Below are positions 25,745 through 38,512 of a DNA stretch of 64,000 nt, piece after piece. Origin of the DNA: Chiloscyllium plagiosum (taxonomy: Eukaryota); the NCBI RefSeq assembly GCF_004010195.1, contig NC_057728.1:52863922-52927921 (forward strand), written 5' to 3'. The translations under genes and the position numbers were made by a program. Under the pieces are notes generated by a model. It was given only the letters and a program-made list of their open reading frames with translations. It made no database searches and had not been told where the DNA came from. Position 1 is the first letter of the stretch; each line of letters opens with the position of its first letter.

Positions 25745-26020
25745 GTGTTGGGCTTCTATTGATTACTGTGTTGACTTAAAAGGATTAAAGTACGGGGTTT
25801 ATATTTATTAAAGTGCTCATATTGTACTGATTTCAACACTGTGATTATATTCATTGTAATCCTGGATTTGTACTGACTATGGTGCTGGACCTGCTTTGAT
25901 TATAGTGCAAGCTTTGAATTGATCATAATCTTGGGCTTGTATTGATTACAGTCCTGGGCTTGTATTGACTACAGCCTTGGGCATATATTGATTACAGTTG
26001 TGGGATTGTATTGATTACAG
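25745..26020. repeat. Degenerate 23-bp tandem repeat (GTATTGATTACAGTCCTGGGCTT)
   Basis: About 10-12 copies, best conserved at the right end. Confidence 0.75.
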
Positions 26021-26021
26021 G

Positions 26022-26178
26022 GCAAAAGTGAGGACTGCAGATGCTGGAAGTCAGAGTCTGGATTAGAGTGGTGCTGTAAAAGCACAGCAGGTCAGGCAGC
26101 ATCCGAGGAGCAGGGAGAATTGACTTTTTGGGCAAAAGCCCTCCATTCCTGATGAAGGGCTTTTGCCTGAAACGTCGA
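26022..26178 (-). mobile_element. Penelope-like terminus with short inversion; plus-strand hammerhead core at 26149-26176
   Basis: CTGATGA-A-GGGC-TTTT-GCCT-GAAA-C-GTC. Confidence 0.8.
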
Positions 26179-26379
26179 TGGGTGACATCAGCACAGGGAA
26201 TGCATTTGTTCAAAGAATCGATATGTCAGCACCTTCTTTGAGCCAAATGGGGAAGGTCAATAATAGAATTGTCCCTTAGGGAAGACATCACTCCAGAGCC
26301 CACATGTGGTTGTTATTTAATACTCTCAAGGCAATTAATGATGACATCTACAGTCAATAAATACCTAACAAAACCAAAA

Positions 26380-27455
26380 TACTGTAAGGAATCTGAAATA
26401 AGATCAGAAAATGCTTGAAATGCTCAGCAAGTCAGATAGCATCTGTGGAGAACTTGAAAAAGCAAGAGATATAACAAATTTGAGGCAGTGAAAAGGCAGG
26501 GTGTAAGGGAGCAAAGAAAAACAATTGAAGATCTGATATAGGGTGGAAGGCAGGAGTGAATAAATAACGAGAGAGATGGTGGAGCAAAGTGAAACAGGGT
26601 GATAATGAGACAAGGAAAGAGTCAAAAGAGGGTTTTAATTGACGATCATTGTAGTTGAAAGGCTAGCTGTGCTTTTCTTTCCCATGCCTGATATCTGACC
26701 CTGAGTATTTAGAACATTTTTCTCTTTACATTTCAGATTCCAGTTCTGAAGAATGATCACTGGACAGAAGATATTGACTCTGCTCTCTCTCCACAGATGC
26801 TGCCACACCTGCTAAGTATCTCCAACAATTTCTATTTTTGTTTCTGATTTCTAGTATCCACAGTTCTTTGTTCTTTGGTTCCAAAGTATTGATTGAATAC
26901 AGGAGAAAGGAAACTTCCTTCACTCCTCTGGAAGTCATGCTGTTAGATCTTATTCCATCTAATCCCAACTTTAATATGTAGCTACAAGCAAGCAGGGGGG
27001 GCCTCAATTTATGTGTCCTCCATTGGTACAGCATTCCCTTTATACTACACATACAGCAGCTTTCAGCTGTTAAGTTCTGGAATGGGATTTCCACAAACCT
27101 TTTTCACAGGAATGAGAAAGCTATCAGCTGAGACACAGTTGGCAAAAATGAGAATTGTTCTCAAAAATGTTTTATTTTTAATCAATTTCAGTTTCATTCT
27201 GGTCAGGCTCTGAAAAGAGAAGTATAACAGAAATGTGGATTCTATTGCAACACACACAAGTAATACTAATTTGCTTGGTATTTTGGAGTCACTTCCTTAA
27301 CTAGGTTTCAAATAAAAGCAAAATATTGCAGATGCAGAAAATCTGAAACTAACACAGAAAATGCTGGAGAAACTCAGCAGATCTGGTAGCACTTGTAGAG
27401 AGAGAGAAACAGAGTTAAGATTTCAAGTCTGATATGACACTTTTTTCAGAACAAG
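26380..27455. mobile_element. Cluster of old Penelope-like termini (~26380-26710, 26730-26880 +, 27310-27455 -)
   Basis: CACAGATGCTGCC..CCTGCT motif and decayed CTGAAGAA cores; a similar copy at ~22160-22260. Confidence 0.55.
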
Positions 27456-27819
27456 TACAGTGCTAGAATTCCACTATTTGAAACTTGCTGGTCTTCAGTT
27501 CAAAGAGTTGCTCGCCATCAAACATTAGAGATAGGCATATTTCCTAAGCTCTCGGGAAACATGCTGAGATACAGATTAAAGATTGAGGCAATTGTCACTA
27601 AGGCATACTAGGGAAAGGCCACTATGGCCTTTCAGCCACAGTATACTGAGGTGCTGGAATATGAGTGAAGTGCCTCAGCTGTATGCTTGACAATGAAATA
27701 ATATTGTAAATATTATCCATATAATGTACTGTTTGAAACTGAATTGGTTTACACTGCATGTAATGCCAACTTTAAATAGTTAAAGTATGCAAATTTTTAC
27801 ACTTTTATTAATTTTAAGA

Positions 27820-28660
27820 TCAGAATCACAGATTTACTACAGTACAGAAAGAAGCCATTGTGCCTGTACTGGCTCTATTACTGTGGTGCTAATTCTCTGC
27901 CCCTGCATACCATTGCAATCCAAAAAAAAATGTGATGCCCTCTTGAATGCCTCAGTTGAACCTGCCCCACCACATTTCCAGACATTGCAATCCATATCTA
28001 ACAAAGTGATGTGTGAAAATGTTTTTTCCACACATCAACCTTGTTTCATTTGCACATCACTTAAAGTCTATGCTCTCTCATTCTTATACTTTTTACAACC
28101 AGAAATAGCTTTACCCTGCTGAGATCAGTCCGCTTATGAAAACCTCAATCAGATCACCTCTCAATCTCTTTCTCTCTAGGGAGAACAATCCTAACTTCTT
28201 CAATCTATCCTCATAGCTGAAGTTTCTCATATCTGAAGCCATTCTAGGAATCACTTTCACAGTGTCTCCAATGCATTTGCATCTTTCCCATAATATGGCA
28301 CAAACAACTGTACACAATATTCCAGTTGAGGTGTAACAAGTGTTTTGTACAAGCTCAACAGCATTTCCTTGCTCTTGTACTCCATGCCCCTATTAATAAA
28401 GATCAGAATACTGTATGCTTTATTCACTGCTTTCTCCACTTGTCCTGTCACCTTCAAGATCTGTACACATTTGCACCCAAGTCTCTCTGCTATACACCCC
28501 TTTAGAGTTATACCTTCATTGTTTTTAGTGTCCTTCCAACCAAAGTGCATTACCTCACACTTCCCTGCATTGAACCTCATCGCTAACTCCACCAACTTGT
28601 CAATGTTCTTTATGAGATCCACACAGCCCTCCTTAGTGTTTACAATTCTTCCAAGTTTAG
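27820..28660 (-). mobile_element. Old CR1 RT/C-terminal fragment
   Basis: MRFNAGKCEVMHFG, LYKTLVTPQLEYC, LRGDLIEVF. Confidence 0.85.
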
Positions 28661-29280
28661 GTTAGATCTCACGGAACCGACTAGTCGCTCAAGAATTTGT
28701 CTTGAGTCAACTGAACATTCCCAAATTAGGGAATGCTTTGGAACATTCCCAAAGAACACTTTAAAAAGACAGACTCAGCTCTGAGGGCCTTCACCCTTGC
28801 TGCTATGTTGGGATGAATGGGTAACTGATATTCTATGAATTTTTAGTAGGCAGAATATGAAACTTCTATATGTAAGAGGGAACTCAAGACACTGGAGAAG
28901 GTGCCAAAAGATTTATGAGGATACAACAGAACTGAGAATTATATTTGTCGGGATAGACTGAATGGACTGGGGCTCCTTACCCTATCCATGGAGTGATCGG
29001 ATAGAGGTCTTATGATTTTCGAAGTGTTTGACAGTATGGACATTGAGATGTTTCCACTTGTTGAGGAGAATAAAACAAGGGGAATAAATATAATGTGATT
29101 ACTAATATAAGGAAAAATCATCAGCCTAAGTATGTTTAGAACTTATATCTTGCTACCACAGGGGGAGGCTGATGTGAATAGCAGAGGAAGGTTTAAAGGG
29201 AAATTAGAAAAACATGCAAGGGCAAAAGGAACAGAATTTTTTTATGGATGGTGTTGGCAAGGGCCTTGAACTCAGTGACT

Positions 29281-30520
29281 TAGAGCCATAGAGTCATTGA
29301 GATATGCAGCATGGAAACAGACCCTTCGGTCCAACCTGTCCATGCCGACCAGATATCCCAACCCAATCTAGTCCCACCCAGCCCATATCCCTCCAAACCC
29401 TTCCTATTCATATGCCCATCCAAATGCCTCTTAAATGCTGTAATTGTACCAGCCTCCACCACTTCCTCTGGCAGCTGATTCCATACACGTACCACCCTCT
29501 GCGTGAAAAAGTTGCCCCTTAGGTCTCTTTTATATGTTTCCTCTCTCACCCTAAACCTATGACCTCTAGTTCTGGACTCCCCGAACCCAGGAAAAAGCAT
29601 TTGCCTATTTACCCTATCCATGCCCCTCATAATTTTGTAAACCTCTTTAAGGTCACCCCTCAGCCTCCTACGCTCCAGGGAAAACATCCCCAGCCTGTTC
29701 AGCCTCTCCCTGGAGCTCAAATCCTCCAACCCTGGCAACATCCTTGTAAATCTTTTCTGAACACTTTCAAGTTTCACGACATCTTTCCGATAGGAAGGAG
29801 ACCAGAATTGCATGCAATATTCCAACAGTGGCCTAACCAATGTTCTGTACAGCCACAACATGACCTCCCAACTCCTGTACTTAATACTCTGACCAATAAA
29901 GGAAAGCATACCCAACACCTTCTTCACTATGCTATCTACCTACGACTCCACTTTCAAGGAGCTATGAACCTGCACTCCAAGGTCTCTTTGTTCAGCAACT
30001 CTCCCTCGGACCTTACCATNNNNNNNNNNNNNNNNNNNNNNNNNNNNNNNNNNNNNNNNNNNNNNNNNNNNNNNNNNNNNNNNNNNNNNNNNNNNNNNNN
30101 NNNNNNNNNNNNNNNNNNNNNNNNNNNNNNNNNNNNNNNNNNNNNNNNNNNNNNNNNNNNNNNNNNNNNNNNNNNNNNNNNNNNNNNNNNNNNNNNNNNN
30201 NNNNNNNNNNNNNNNNNNNNNNNNNNNNNNNNNNNNNNNNNNNNNNNNNNNNNNNNNNNNNNNNNNNNNNNNNNNNNNNNNNNNNNNNNNNNNNNNNNNN
30301 NNNNNNNNNNNNNNNNNNNNNNNNNNNNNNNNNNNNNNNNNNNNNNNNNNNNNNNNNNNNNNNNNNNNNNNNNNNNNNNNNNNNNNNTCCAACAACTTGC
30401 CCAACACTGACGTCAGGCTCACTGGTCTATAGTTCCCTGGCTTGTCCTTACCACCTTTCTTAAACAGTGGCACCATGTTAGCCAACCTCCAGTCTTCCGG
30501 CACCTCACCTGTGACTATCG
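29281..30520 (-). mobile_element. Young CR1 spanning the N gap
   Basis: PEDWRLANMVPLFKKG..NYRPVSLTS and a 215-aa C-terminal ORF. Confidence 0.93.
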
Positions 30521-30524
30521 ATCC

Positions 30525-31338
30525 TAAATTATTCTAGTCCCATTTGCCACCACATCTCTGAACCCTTCCTATTCATATACACATCCAGATGGCTTTTAAA
30601 TGTTGTAATTGTACCAGCCTTTACCACTTCCTCTGGCAGCTCATTCCATACACTCACCAACCTCTGCATGAAAATGTTGCCCCTTAGGACCCTTTTAAAG
30701 CTTTCCCCTCTCACCTTAACTGAAAATGTGTTGCTGGAAAAGCGCAGCAGGTCAGGCAGCATCCAAAGAGCAGGAGAATCGATGTTTCGGGCATGAGCCC
30801 TTCTTCAGGAACGTGCCCGAAACGTCGATTCTCCTGCTCCTTGGATGCTGCCTGACCTGCTGCGCTTTTCCAGCAACACATTTTCAGATCTGATCTCCAG
30901 CATCTGCAGTCTGCACTTTCTCCTCTCACCTTAAACCTACAACCTCCAGTTTTGGACTCCTCCACCACATGGAAAGACTTTGTCTATTTAGTCTATCCAC
31001 GCCCCTCATGTTTTCATAAACCTCTATAAGGTCACCTCTCAGCCTCTGACACTCCAGGGAAAACAGCCCCAGCCTGTTCAGCTTATCACTGTAACTCAAA
31101 CCCTCCAACCCTGGCAACATTTTTTAAAGTCTTTTCTGAACCCTTTCAAGTTTCACAATCTCCTTCCAATAGAAGGGAGACCAGAATTGCACGAAATATT
31201 CCAAAAGTGGTCTAACCAATGTTCTGTACAGCCACAACATGGCCCCCAACTCCTATACTTATTGCTCTGACCAATAAAGAAAAGCATACCAAACGTTTCT
31301 TCACTATCCTATCTACCTGAGACTCCACTTTCAAGGAT
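30525..31338 (-). mobile_element. CR1 3' fragment interrupted by a Penelope-like insertion
   Basis: MLPGLEGLSY..LRGDLIEVY; WNELPEEVV. Confidence 0.88.
30720..30921 (+). mobile_element. Fold-back Penelope-like insertion; hammerhead core on the minus strand at 30781-30808
   Basis: Inverted arms plus tail; TSD CCTCTCACCTTAA at 30707-30719 and 30922-30934. Confidence 0.88.
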
Positions 31339-31454
31339 GTATGAAAGACTTGCTGGATCATTTAAGTTATAACCACATTATAGTGGGTGTGGAGTCACAT
31401 ATAGGCCAAACAAGGGAAGGATGGCGGATTTCCTTCACTAATGAAGCAGATGGA

Positions 31455-32410
31455 ATTTTAATCAATTGCCAGGAAAAGATTAGCTCGGATAAATGTGGGC
31501 CCATTAGAGATGGTGATAAGAGAATTTATAGTCGAGCACAGGGAAATAATGGAGATGTTAAACAATTATCTTGTGTCTGTCTTCATGGAGGAAGATACAG
31601 AAAATCCATTAGAAATACTCGACAGAACTGTGAAACTGAGGAACTGAAATAAACGAATATTAGTAAATACATGGTTTTTGGAAAGCTAGCTGGTCTGAAA
31701 GTTGATAAATTATCTGGATCAAATAAGCAACATTCCAGAATATTGAAGAAGATAGTTATAGGGATAATGGATGCAAGGGTGGTTATCTTTCAAAAGTCTA
31801 CAGAGTCCAGAAGTTTTCTGCAGACTGAAAAATATCAAATGTGACTTCACTATTTAAGAACATAGAGAGAGGGAGAACAGAGGACTACAGGCATGTTAAT
31901 TTGATTTTTATTATTTGGGGAAACATTGGAATTGATAGAACCATAGAAGTGACACAGTAGAGAAGGGGGCCGGTCGGTCATCTTGTTCATGCCGATCCAA
32001 ATCTCTAATATTAGATGTGATAATTCAACACTTGGAAAAGAATGACAAAATTTGATAGCGTTAGAATGAATTTATGAAAGGAAACTCATTGAAAAACTTG
32101 AAGAATTCATTTTGAGAATATCACTGTTACTATGAATAAAGGAGTACTAGTATATGTGGTGTATTTGGATTTTAAGAAGGCTTTTGCTAAGGTCACACAC
32201 ATCGTCAGTTAGTAAGAGCGAAAGGGATTCATGGTAATAAACTAGTATGGATTGAGAATTGATCAACAGACTAAAACTAACACTTCCCAATTTCCCACTA
32301 AATAAAAGATAGGAAGTTGGGAAGTGTTGGTGCCCAAAGGGACCAGGCTGGCTTTGTTTATGAGTCACTGAAAGCTAGCATGCAGGTGCAATCTGGAATA
32401 TAAAGCAAGT
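31455..32410 (+). mobile_element. Highly decayed CR1 ORF2 fragment
   Basis: Remnants of DKSPG, NYRPV and YLDFKKAF.KV.H motifs. Confidence 0.65.
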
Positions 32411-33211
32411 CTTTGTGATAGGGACCATGAAACCATTGTTGTTTCCTGTAAAAACATCATCTGGTTCACTAATATCCTTTAGGGAAGGAAATCTGTTGTC
32501 CTTAACCATATCTCAGGTATATTTGACTTCAGATGTGCACCAACATGGCTGACTCTTATGTATCCTCTGAAATGTCCTAGCATGACACTCAGTTCAAAAA
32601 TCTGACAAGTGACACTGCCAGTGATACTCAGATCCATGAAAGAAAAAAAAAGTGTCCACTGATGTTGCTTGAGTTGCTGAATGTTCCCAGCACTTTCTAT
32701 TTAAATTTAAAGTTGATTTTGCATCATTGTTTTTTTTTACTGACGAACTCCCCATTCTTACAGGGCAAAAGTTCTCTTAAAATTGTTTTTAATCAGCTCA
32801 GTATGCAAATCTCATGTTACCTCTGCTTTGTTCAGGATTTCCCCACTCGATGGATGAGTCATTTTGTGAACTATTCCATTTCCTATCTACTCCTTAAAAT
32901 TGCTTGTACTACTTTAAACACAACAATCAGATTCAGCCCCTTAACCATTAATCATTAATGATCTCGATCATAATTCTTGTTTTTACCTCTATCCCAGGAA
33001 TCATTCAGGGTTTGATTACATCTCACTCCAGAATGGTTTTCCAAATGCTATTTGTGGCTGAGTTGTACAGCACAGAATTAGTTTATTGTACCTGTAATGT
33101 GCAGGTTCCGTTCTCCTGCTCTTTCCCCATAGCCTTCCATATTTCTCCACTTCTGGGTCAGAGCATTGTCGGTAATGATGAGACTTTTGTCAGAATCAGA
33201 CAAGAAGTCCA

Positions 33212-34277
33212 ACAAAGGTAGAAGACAGAGGGTGGTGGTGGAGGGCTGTTTTTCAGACTGGAGGCCTGTGACCAGTGGAGTGCCACAATGATCGGTGCTG
33301 GGTCCTCTACTTTTTGTCATTTACATAAATGATTTGGATGCAAGCATAAGAAGTACAGTTAGTAAGTTTGCAGATGACACCAAAATTGGAGGTGTAGTGG
33401 ACAGCAAAAAGGGTTACCTCAGATTACAACAGGATCTGGACCAGATGGGCCAATGGGCTGAGAAGTGGCAAATGGAGTTTAATTCAGATAAATGCGAGGT
33501 GTTGCACTTTGGGAAAGCAAGTCTTAGCAGAACTTATACACTTAATGGTAAGGTCTTAGGGAGTGTTGAACAAAAGACCTTGGAGTGCAGGTTCATAGCT
33601 CCTTGAAAGTGGAGTCGTAGGTAGATAGGATAGTGAAGAAGGCGTTTGGTATGCTTTCCTTTATTGGTCAGAGTATTGAGTTGGGAGGTCATGTTGCGGC
33701 TGTACAGGACATTGGTTAGGCCACTGTTGGAATATTGCGTGCAATTCTGGTCTCCTTCCTATCGGAAAGATGTTGTGAAACTTGAAAGTGTTCAGAAAAG
33801 ATTTACAAGGATGTTGCCAGGATTGGAGAATTTGAGCTCTAGGGAGAGGCTGAACAGGCTGGGGCTGTTTTCCCTGGAACGTCGGAGGCTGAGGGGTGAC
33901 CTTATAGAGGTTTACAAAATTATGAGGGGCATGGATAGGATAAATTGACAAAGTCTTTTCCCTGGGGACGGGGAGTCCAGAACTAGAGGGCATAGGTTTA
34001 GGGTGAGAGGGGAAATATATAAAAGAGACCTCAGGGGTAACTTTTTCACACAGAGGGTGGTACGTGTATGGAATGAGCTTCCAGAGGAAGTGGTGGAGGC
34101 TGGTTGCAACATTTATGAGGCATTTGGATGGGTATATGAATAGGAAGGGTTTGGAGGGCTATGGGCCAGGTGCTGGCAGGTGGGACTAGATTGGGTTGGG
34201 ATATCTGGTCGGCATGGACAGGTTGGACTGAAGGGTCTGTTTTCATGCTGTTCATCTCTATGACTCTATGACTCTAA
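33212..34277 (+). mobile_element. Young 5'-truncated CR1
   Basis: FADDTKIGG, LVRPLLEYC, (ATGACTCT)2 tail. Confidence 0.95.
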
Positions 34278-34329
34278 GATTGTTTTCGACATTGGGAGAA
34301 TCTCGCTCGATTTTATTTATTTTCACAAG

Positions 34330-35660
34330 TGAAAAAAGTGAGTGTCTCACAAAGCTTCAGTGAATTGCCAATTAAGGGTGATTGTAGCTTGTTAAACACC
34401 TTGTAAATGACACAACTCATGGCAATAATATCCAGCATCCTCTATTACCAAGACCAAACAAATCAGATATTGAGAAACCTCAAGATGGAAATCAAAAGGA
34501 GTATCTACTATATTCAGCTCACCACTTGTTCTGAAGGATCTTCATGTTGGACACCAGGCATCAAGATCTCAGGGCACGCTTCATAGGCACTGCCCACATG
34601 CACCCTTTGTTCACGGCACTGGCATCTGACATGAGCCAGCCTCTAAGAACCATCATAGTACATCTCTGATCCACTTACAGGACACTTCCGCATTTCAGCA
34701 ATTGTCTTCATTATGTTGCAGTAAGGACTGTATGCTGTCAGGGACATGGACCTAGCTCATGAACTAGACAAGGTTGTATACACTTACTCTTTGACCCTAT
34801 TTGGATGCTCACAGCATTTCGACCTTGTACTGTTTTGTTTTGCTTTTCAGTGTGTTGACCCTCAGTCAGTGAAGCCAACCTTACATTACTTCTATCCTGC
34901 CTTGTTCTGTGCAGGCACATAAAAAGGAAGCTAGTCATGGTCATCAGCCATCTTCAGTCACGATAAGAGGGATAGCCTTAGCTCAGGAACTCCTAGCACA
35001 ATAAACAAGGGCAGACTTTAATACCAGTCCAGAGGCTTGGACACAGTCAGCCACTCATGATGGTCACAGTCAGCCAATCAGAATCCTCTCCACATTAGGG
35101 ATAATGTTGGGCAGACCACCACCTTACTTGACTATCTTTGCCCTATTGTAGGCTGTTTTCCTCTTGGAATGAAAGTGAAGCAGCTATTAATGGAGATGAA
35201 AGTATATAGCCAATACTTTTATTGCAAGTGGGAAGATGGGCAAGTGATTAGGCAGCGTTGAGGGCATGCAATGTTAGCAAGTTGGTTTTTGTGGTGGGTA
35301 AGAGGGAGTGAGGGAAGATGGTGCAGGCAATAGTTAGAGTGGTAGAACATGAGCCTTAGTGGCAGGTGGGTACAGTAGTGGTGGTAGAATGAATGTGAGG
35401 TTTTGGAGAGAAGATTTGGCACTTATGATGGCAATGTGGAAAAAGTCATTGACCTTCTTCCTATATTGCTGTGCATTCCTTAGATGCCTAAGAATGCACT
35501 GATCCAGGTGGCAATCTCGGAGCAGGTTGGTATTGTGGACCTAACTACTGGTCCCAAGGAAGGGAAGTCTAACCACTCCATCCACTAGGATCTCCAAGCC
35601 CCTGACAGCAGAGCGGGGTGCCAAACTTCCCTTGTCTGCCATGTTCAAGGCAAATGTCAG
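34330..35660 (-). mobile_element. Second degenerate Harbinger-like copy
   Basis: MADKGSLAPR..LEILVDGV and QYRKKVNDF at ~35445-35645(-); homologous to 22690-25430. Confidence 0.55.
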
Positions 35661-36224
35661 GAACCATGCAATGCAACTCCAGACTGACAACATTTGTTCA
35701 GGTGCACAATGAGTTTTAAAGATGATGTAAATGCAAAGATTCTGGTGAATTCCAGAATATCCTTTGAATGGTGAGTTGTTACAAGAATAACTCATGGCAA
35801 GACAGGATAGGATCCAACCTGGTGATATGGTGAGAAAATTCTCTGGGCCCCACAGTGAAAATCCCTTCAAATAATGCAACAAACTTGAAATTAAATAGAA
35901 AAGAATAAGATACAGACCTACATATATAATTTCCTTTTGAAAGTTCTTAGTTAAACTACTTATCTCCCCCTTTTCAGTGACCACAAGCCAAACTAAAACA
36001 ATTCACTGTGGCAAAATAAAATCACCTCATCTCTCTTCCAAGGGTTTTATTTTGCCAAGTATCTTAAATGTGTGCTTTTTGGATAAGTATTTTAAATATA
36101 ATACATTAAAAAACAAAACTAACTACAATAATTATCAATGCATTGGGAAGTCTTCAATGGTGAGCAATTGATTGAGATACTTTATGGAGAAAGATTGGCA
36201 GATTTTACTCTTTTTCCACACTTT

Positions 36225-37345
36225 ATCATGAAAACATAGAAAATAGGTGTAGACCACTTGACCCTTCAAACCTGTTTTGCCATTCAATATGATCGTGGCC
36301 ACTCATCCAGCTCAATATTCTGTTTCCACTTTCTCTCCATACCCTTTGATCCCTTTGGCCCTGAGAACTATATCTAACTCCTTCTTGAAAACTTTCTGTG
36401 GCAGAAAATTTCACAGGCTCACCACTGCCTGGGAGAAAAAAGTTTTCTTCTCTCAATCCTAAATGTGGATCCTTATACTGTTATCCCTGGTTCTGGACTC
36501 CCTGGCGTCATCTGGAGCATTCTTCCTGCGTTTATCCTGTCTAGTCCTGTTCAAATTTTATAAGTCTCTATATGATTCCTCCCTCATCCTATTAAACTCC
36601 ACTGAATTGCTAAGTCCTAATGTGTGCAATCTCTATTCAAATGTCAGTGCTGCTATCCCTGGAATCAGTCTGGCAAACCTTTGTTGCACTCCCTCCATAG
36701 CTTGAACATTCTTCCTATGATAAGGAGACCAAAACTGTACAGTTTTTGAAGTTCAGAAATGGTCTCAGCAAGACCCTATACAACTGTGGCAAGACATCTC
36801 TGCTCCTGTACTCAAAATGTCTCACAATAAAGGTCAACATGCTGTTTGCCTCATCCATTGCTTGTTGCCTGCATTCTTACTTTTAGTGACTGGTGTATAG
36901 GGACACCAAGGTCTCGTTGCACCTCCCCCTTTTCCAAAATAGTGCCATTCAGGTGTTACTCTGCTCTCCTGTTTTTGCTATCTACGTGGATGATCTCACT
37001 TTTATCCACATTACACTTCACCTGTCAGGCATTTGCCATCTGTCAACTTATCCAAATCACACTGGAGCATCTCTGCATTCTCTTCACAGTTCCATCTCCC
37101 ACCAAGCTTTGTTTAAACATGGAGATATTACATTTAGTTCCCTCATCAAAATCATTGTTAGATGTTGTAAATAGCTGGGGTTCAAGCACTGATTGCTGTG
37201 GTACCCCACTAGTCACTGCCTGCCAACTAGAAAAAGATTTGTTTATTCCTACTATTTCCTTCCTGCCTGCCAATCAGTTCTCCATCCATGTCAGTACACC
37301 ACCCCAATCTTATTTGCTTTAACTTTACATGCTAATCTGTTTTGT
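36225..37345 (-). mobile_element. Older CR1 RT to 3' end
   Basis: SSWQAVTSGVPQQSVLEPQLF; (CTATGTTT) tail. Confidence 0.85.
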
Positions 37346-38304
37346 GTTTGTCATTTTATTTAGTTTCCCCAAGGTCTGTTAGGTAGAGTGAGTTCTCATT
37401 TTTTAAATATCTCCTCAAACCCTAACTCTGAACAAGCTTTTCTTCATCTGTCCTGATAACCCTTTCTGCGGCTCAGCATCAAATGATTGATATTGCTACG
37501 ATGACACACTTTGGGCTATTTTGTTACATTAAAGTTGTTGTACAAATGCAGGCTGTTGTGCTGGTGGCAACCATTGTGTGTTAGAAGAAGCAAACACAAT
37601 TGCTGAAAGGCTGTTTCTGTACTGTTGGGGCACAACTTTGTCAAAAAGTTTGGAACAGAGCGAACAGTAGATGTGACATATACTTGACCTCTGTAAGTTC
37701 CTTTGAGGTGAATACTGCCTTTTCCTGCTCTGTGTTTGAATGAGCCATATGTCAGTATTCTGTCTTATTCCTTGGCAACAAGATCTTTGACTCATTCTAA
37801 AGTTGCTTTGATCAATTTTTTTCCATTGCTGTAGATAAAAAAAAACTCAAGTCAAAGAGATATCGGGTGACTAAACTGTGAATTAGATTGATTTAAACTT
37901 CACTCAGTAACCATTAGCAGCTCACGACCAGGCATGACAGCAGTGCTAGTGTTTTAGGTTCTAAACAAAGGAAGAATGCATTCATATAAGACTTTAGATT
38001 TCAGAATAAAGAATTGAACATTTGGGGGAGAATTTTCTTCACTCAGAGGATTGTAAATCTTTGGTGTTCTCAGTCACAGAGAGCTGTAGATGCTCAGTGA
38101 TTTTCTGTTGTCAAGGTAGAGGCGGATAGAATTTTGGGCATTAGGGAAGTAATAGGAAAAGTAAACAAAGTAGAATTGATAAAGAAGTTGTAGTGACTGT
38201 ATTGAGGTCAGGCAGGTGGACCTCATAGAATATGAGTTGCTTGATTGGGGCTATTAATCTGGTCCAATCAGGGAGCCCTGGCTGACAGAGATAATAGGAG
38301 TTTC

Positions 38305-38512
38305 CTGGTCACAGACTTCCAGTCAGAAAAACACCTTCAACAACCACCTTCTGTTTTCTATGACCAAGCCAATTATGTATCTAATTTACCAATTCACCAT
38401 GGATCCCGTGTGACTTTACCTTCTGGAACAGCCTACCATGAGGACCATCGTAAAATGCTTTATTAAAGTTTACGACGACAACAACCACTGGCAAAAAAAA
38501 GAAAAAAAAGTC
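38305..38512 (+). mobile_element. Poly-A-tailed retrocopy of antisense CR1 sequence inside the 5' LTR
   Basis: Antisense CR1 RT segment, ATTAAA at 38462, A-rich tail 38493-38509, TSD ATAGGAGTTTC at 38294 and 38513. Confidence 0.75.

Noticed and set aside
26988..27004. Second CTCF motif CAAGCAGGGGGGGCC
   Set aside because: Mismatches at core positions; compatible with chance.
29559..30503. Long ORFs crossing N gaps (also 59585-60544)
   Set aside because: Length is inflated by Ns; only the flanking TE peptide is real.
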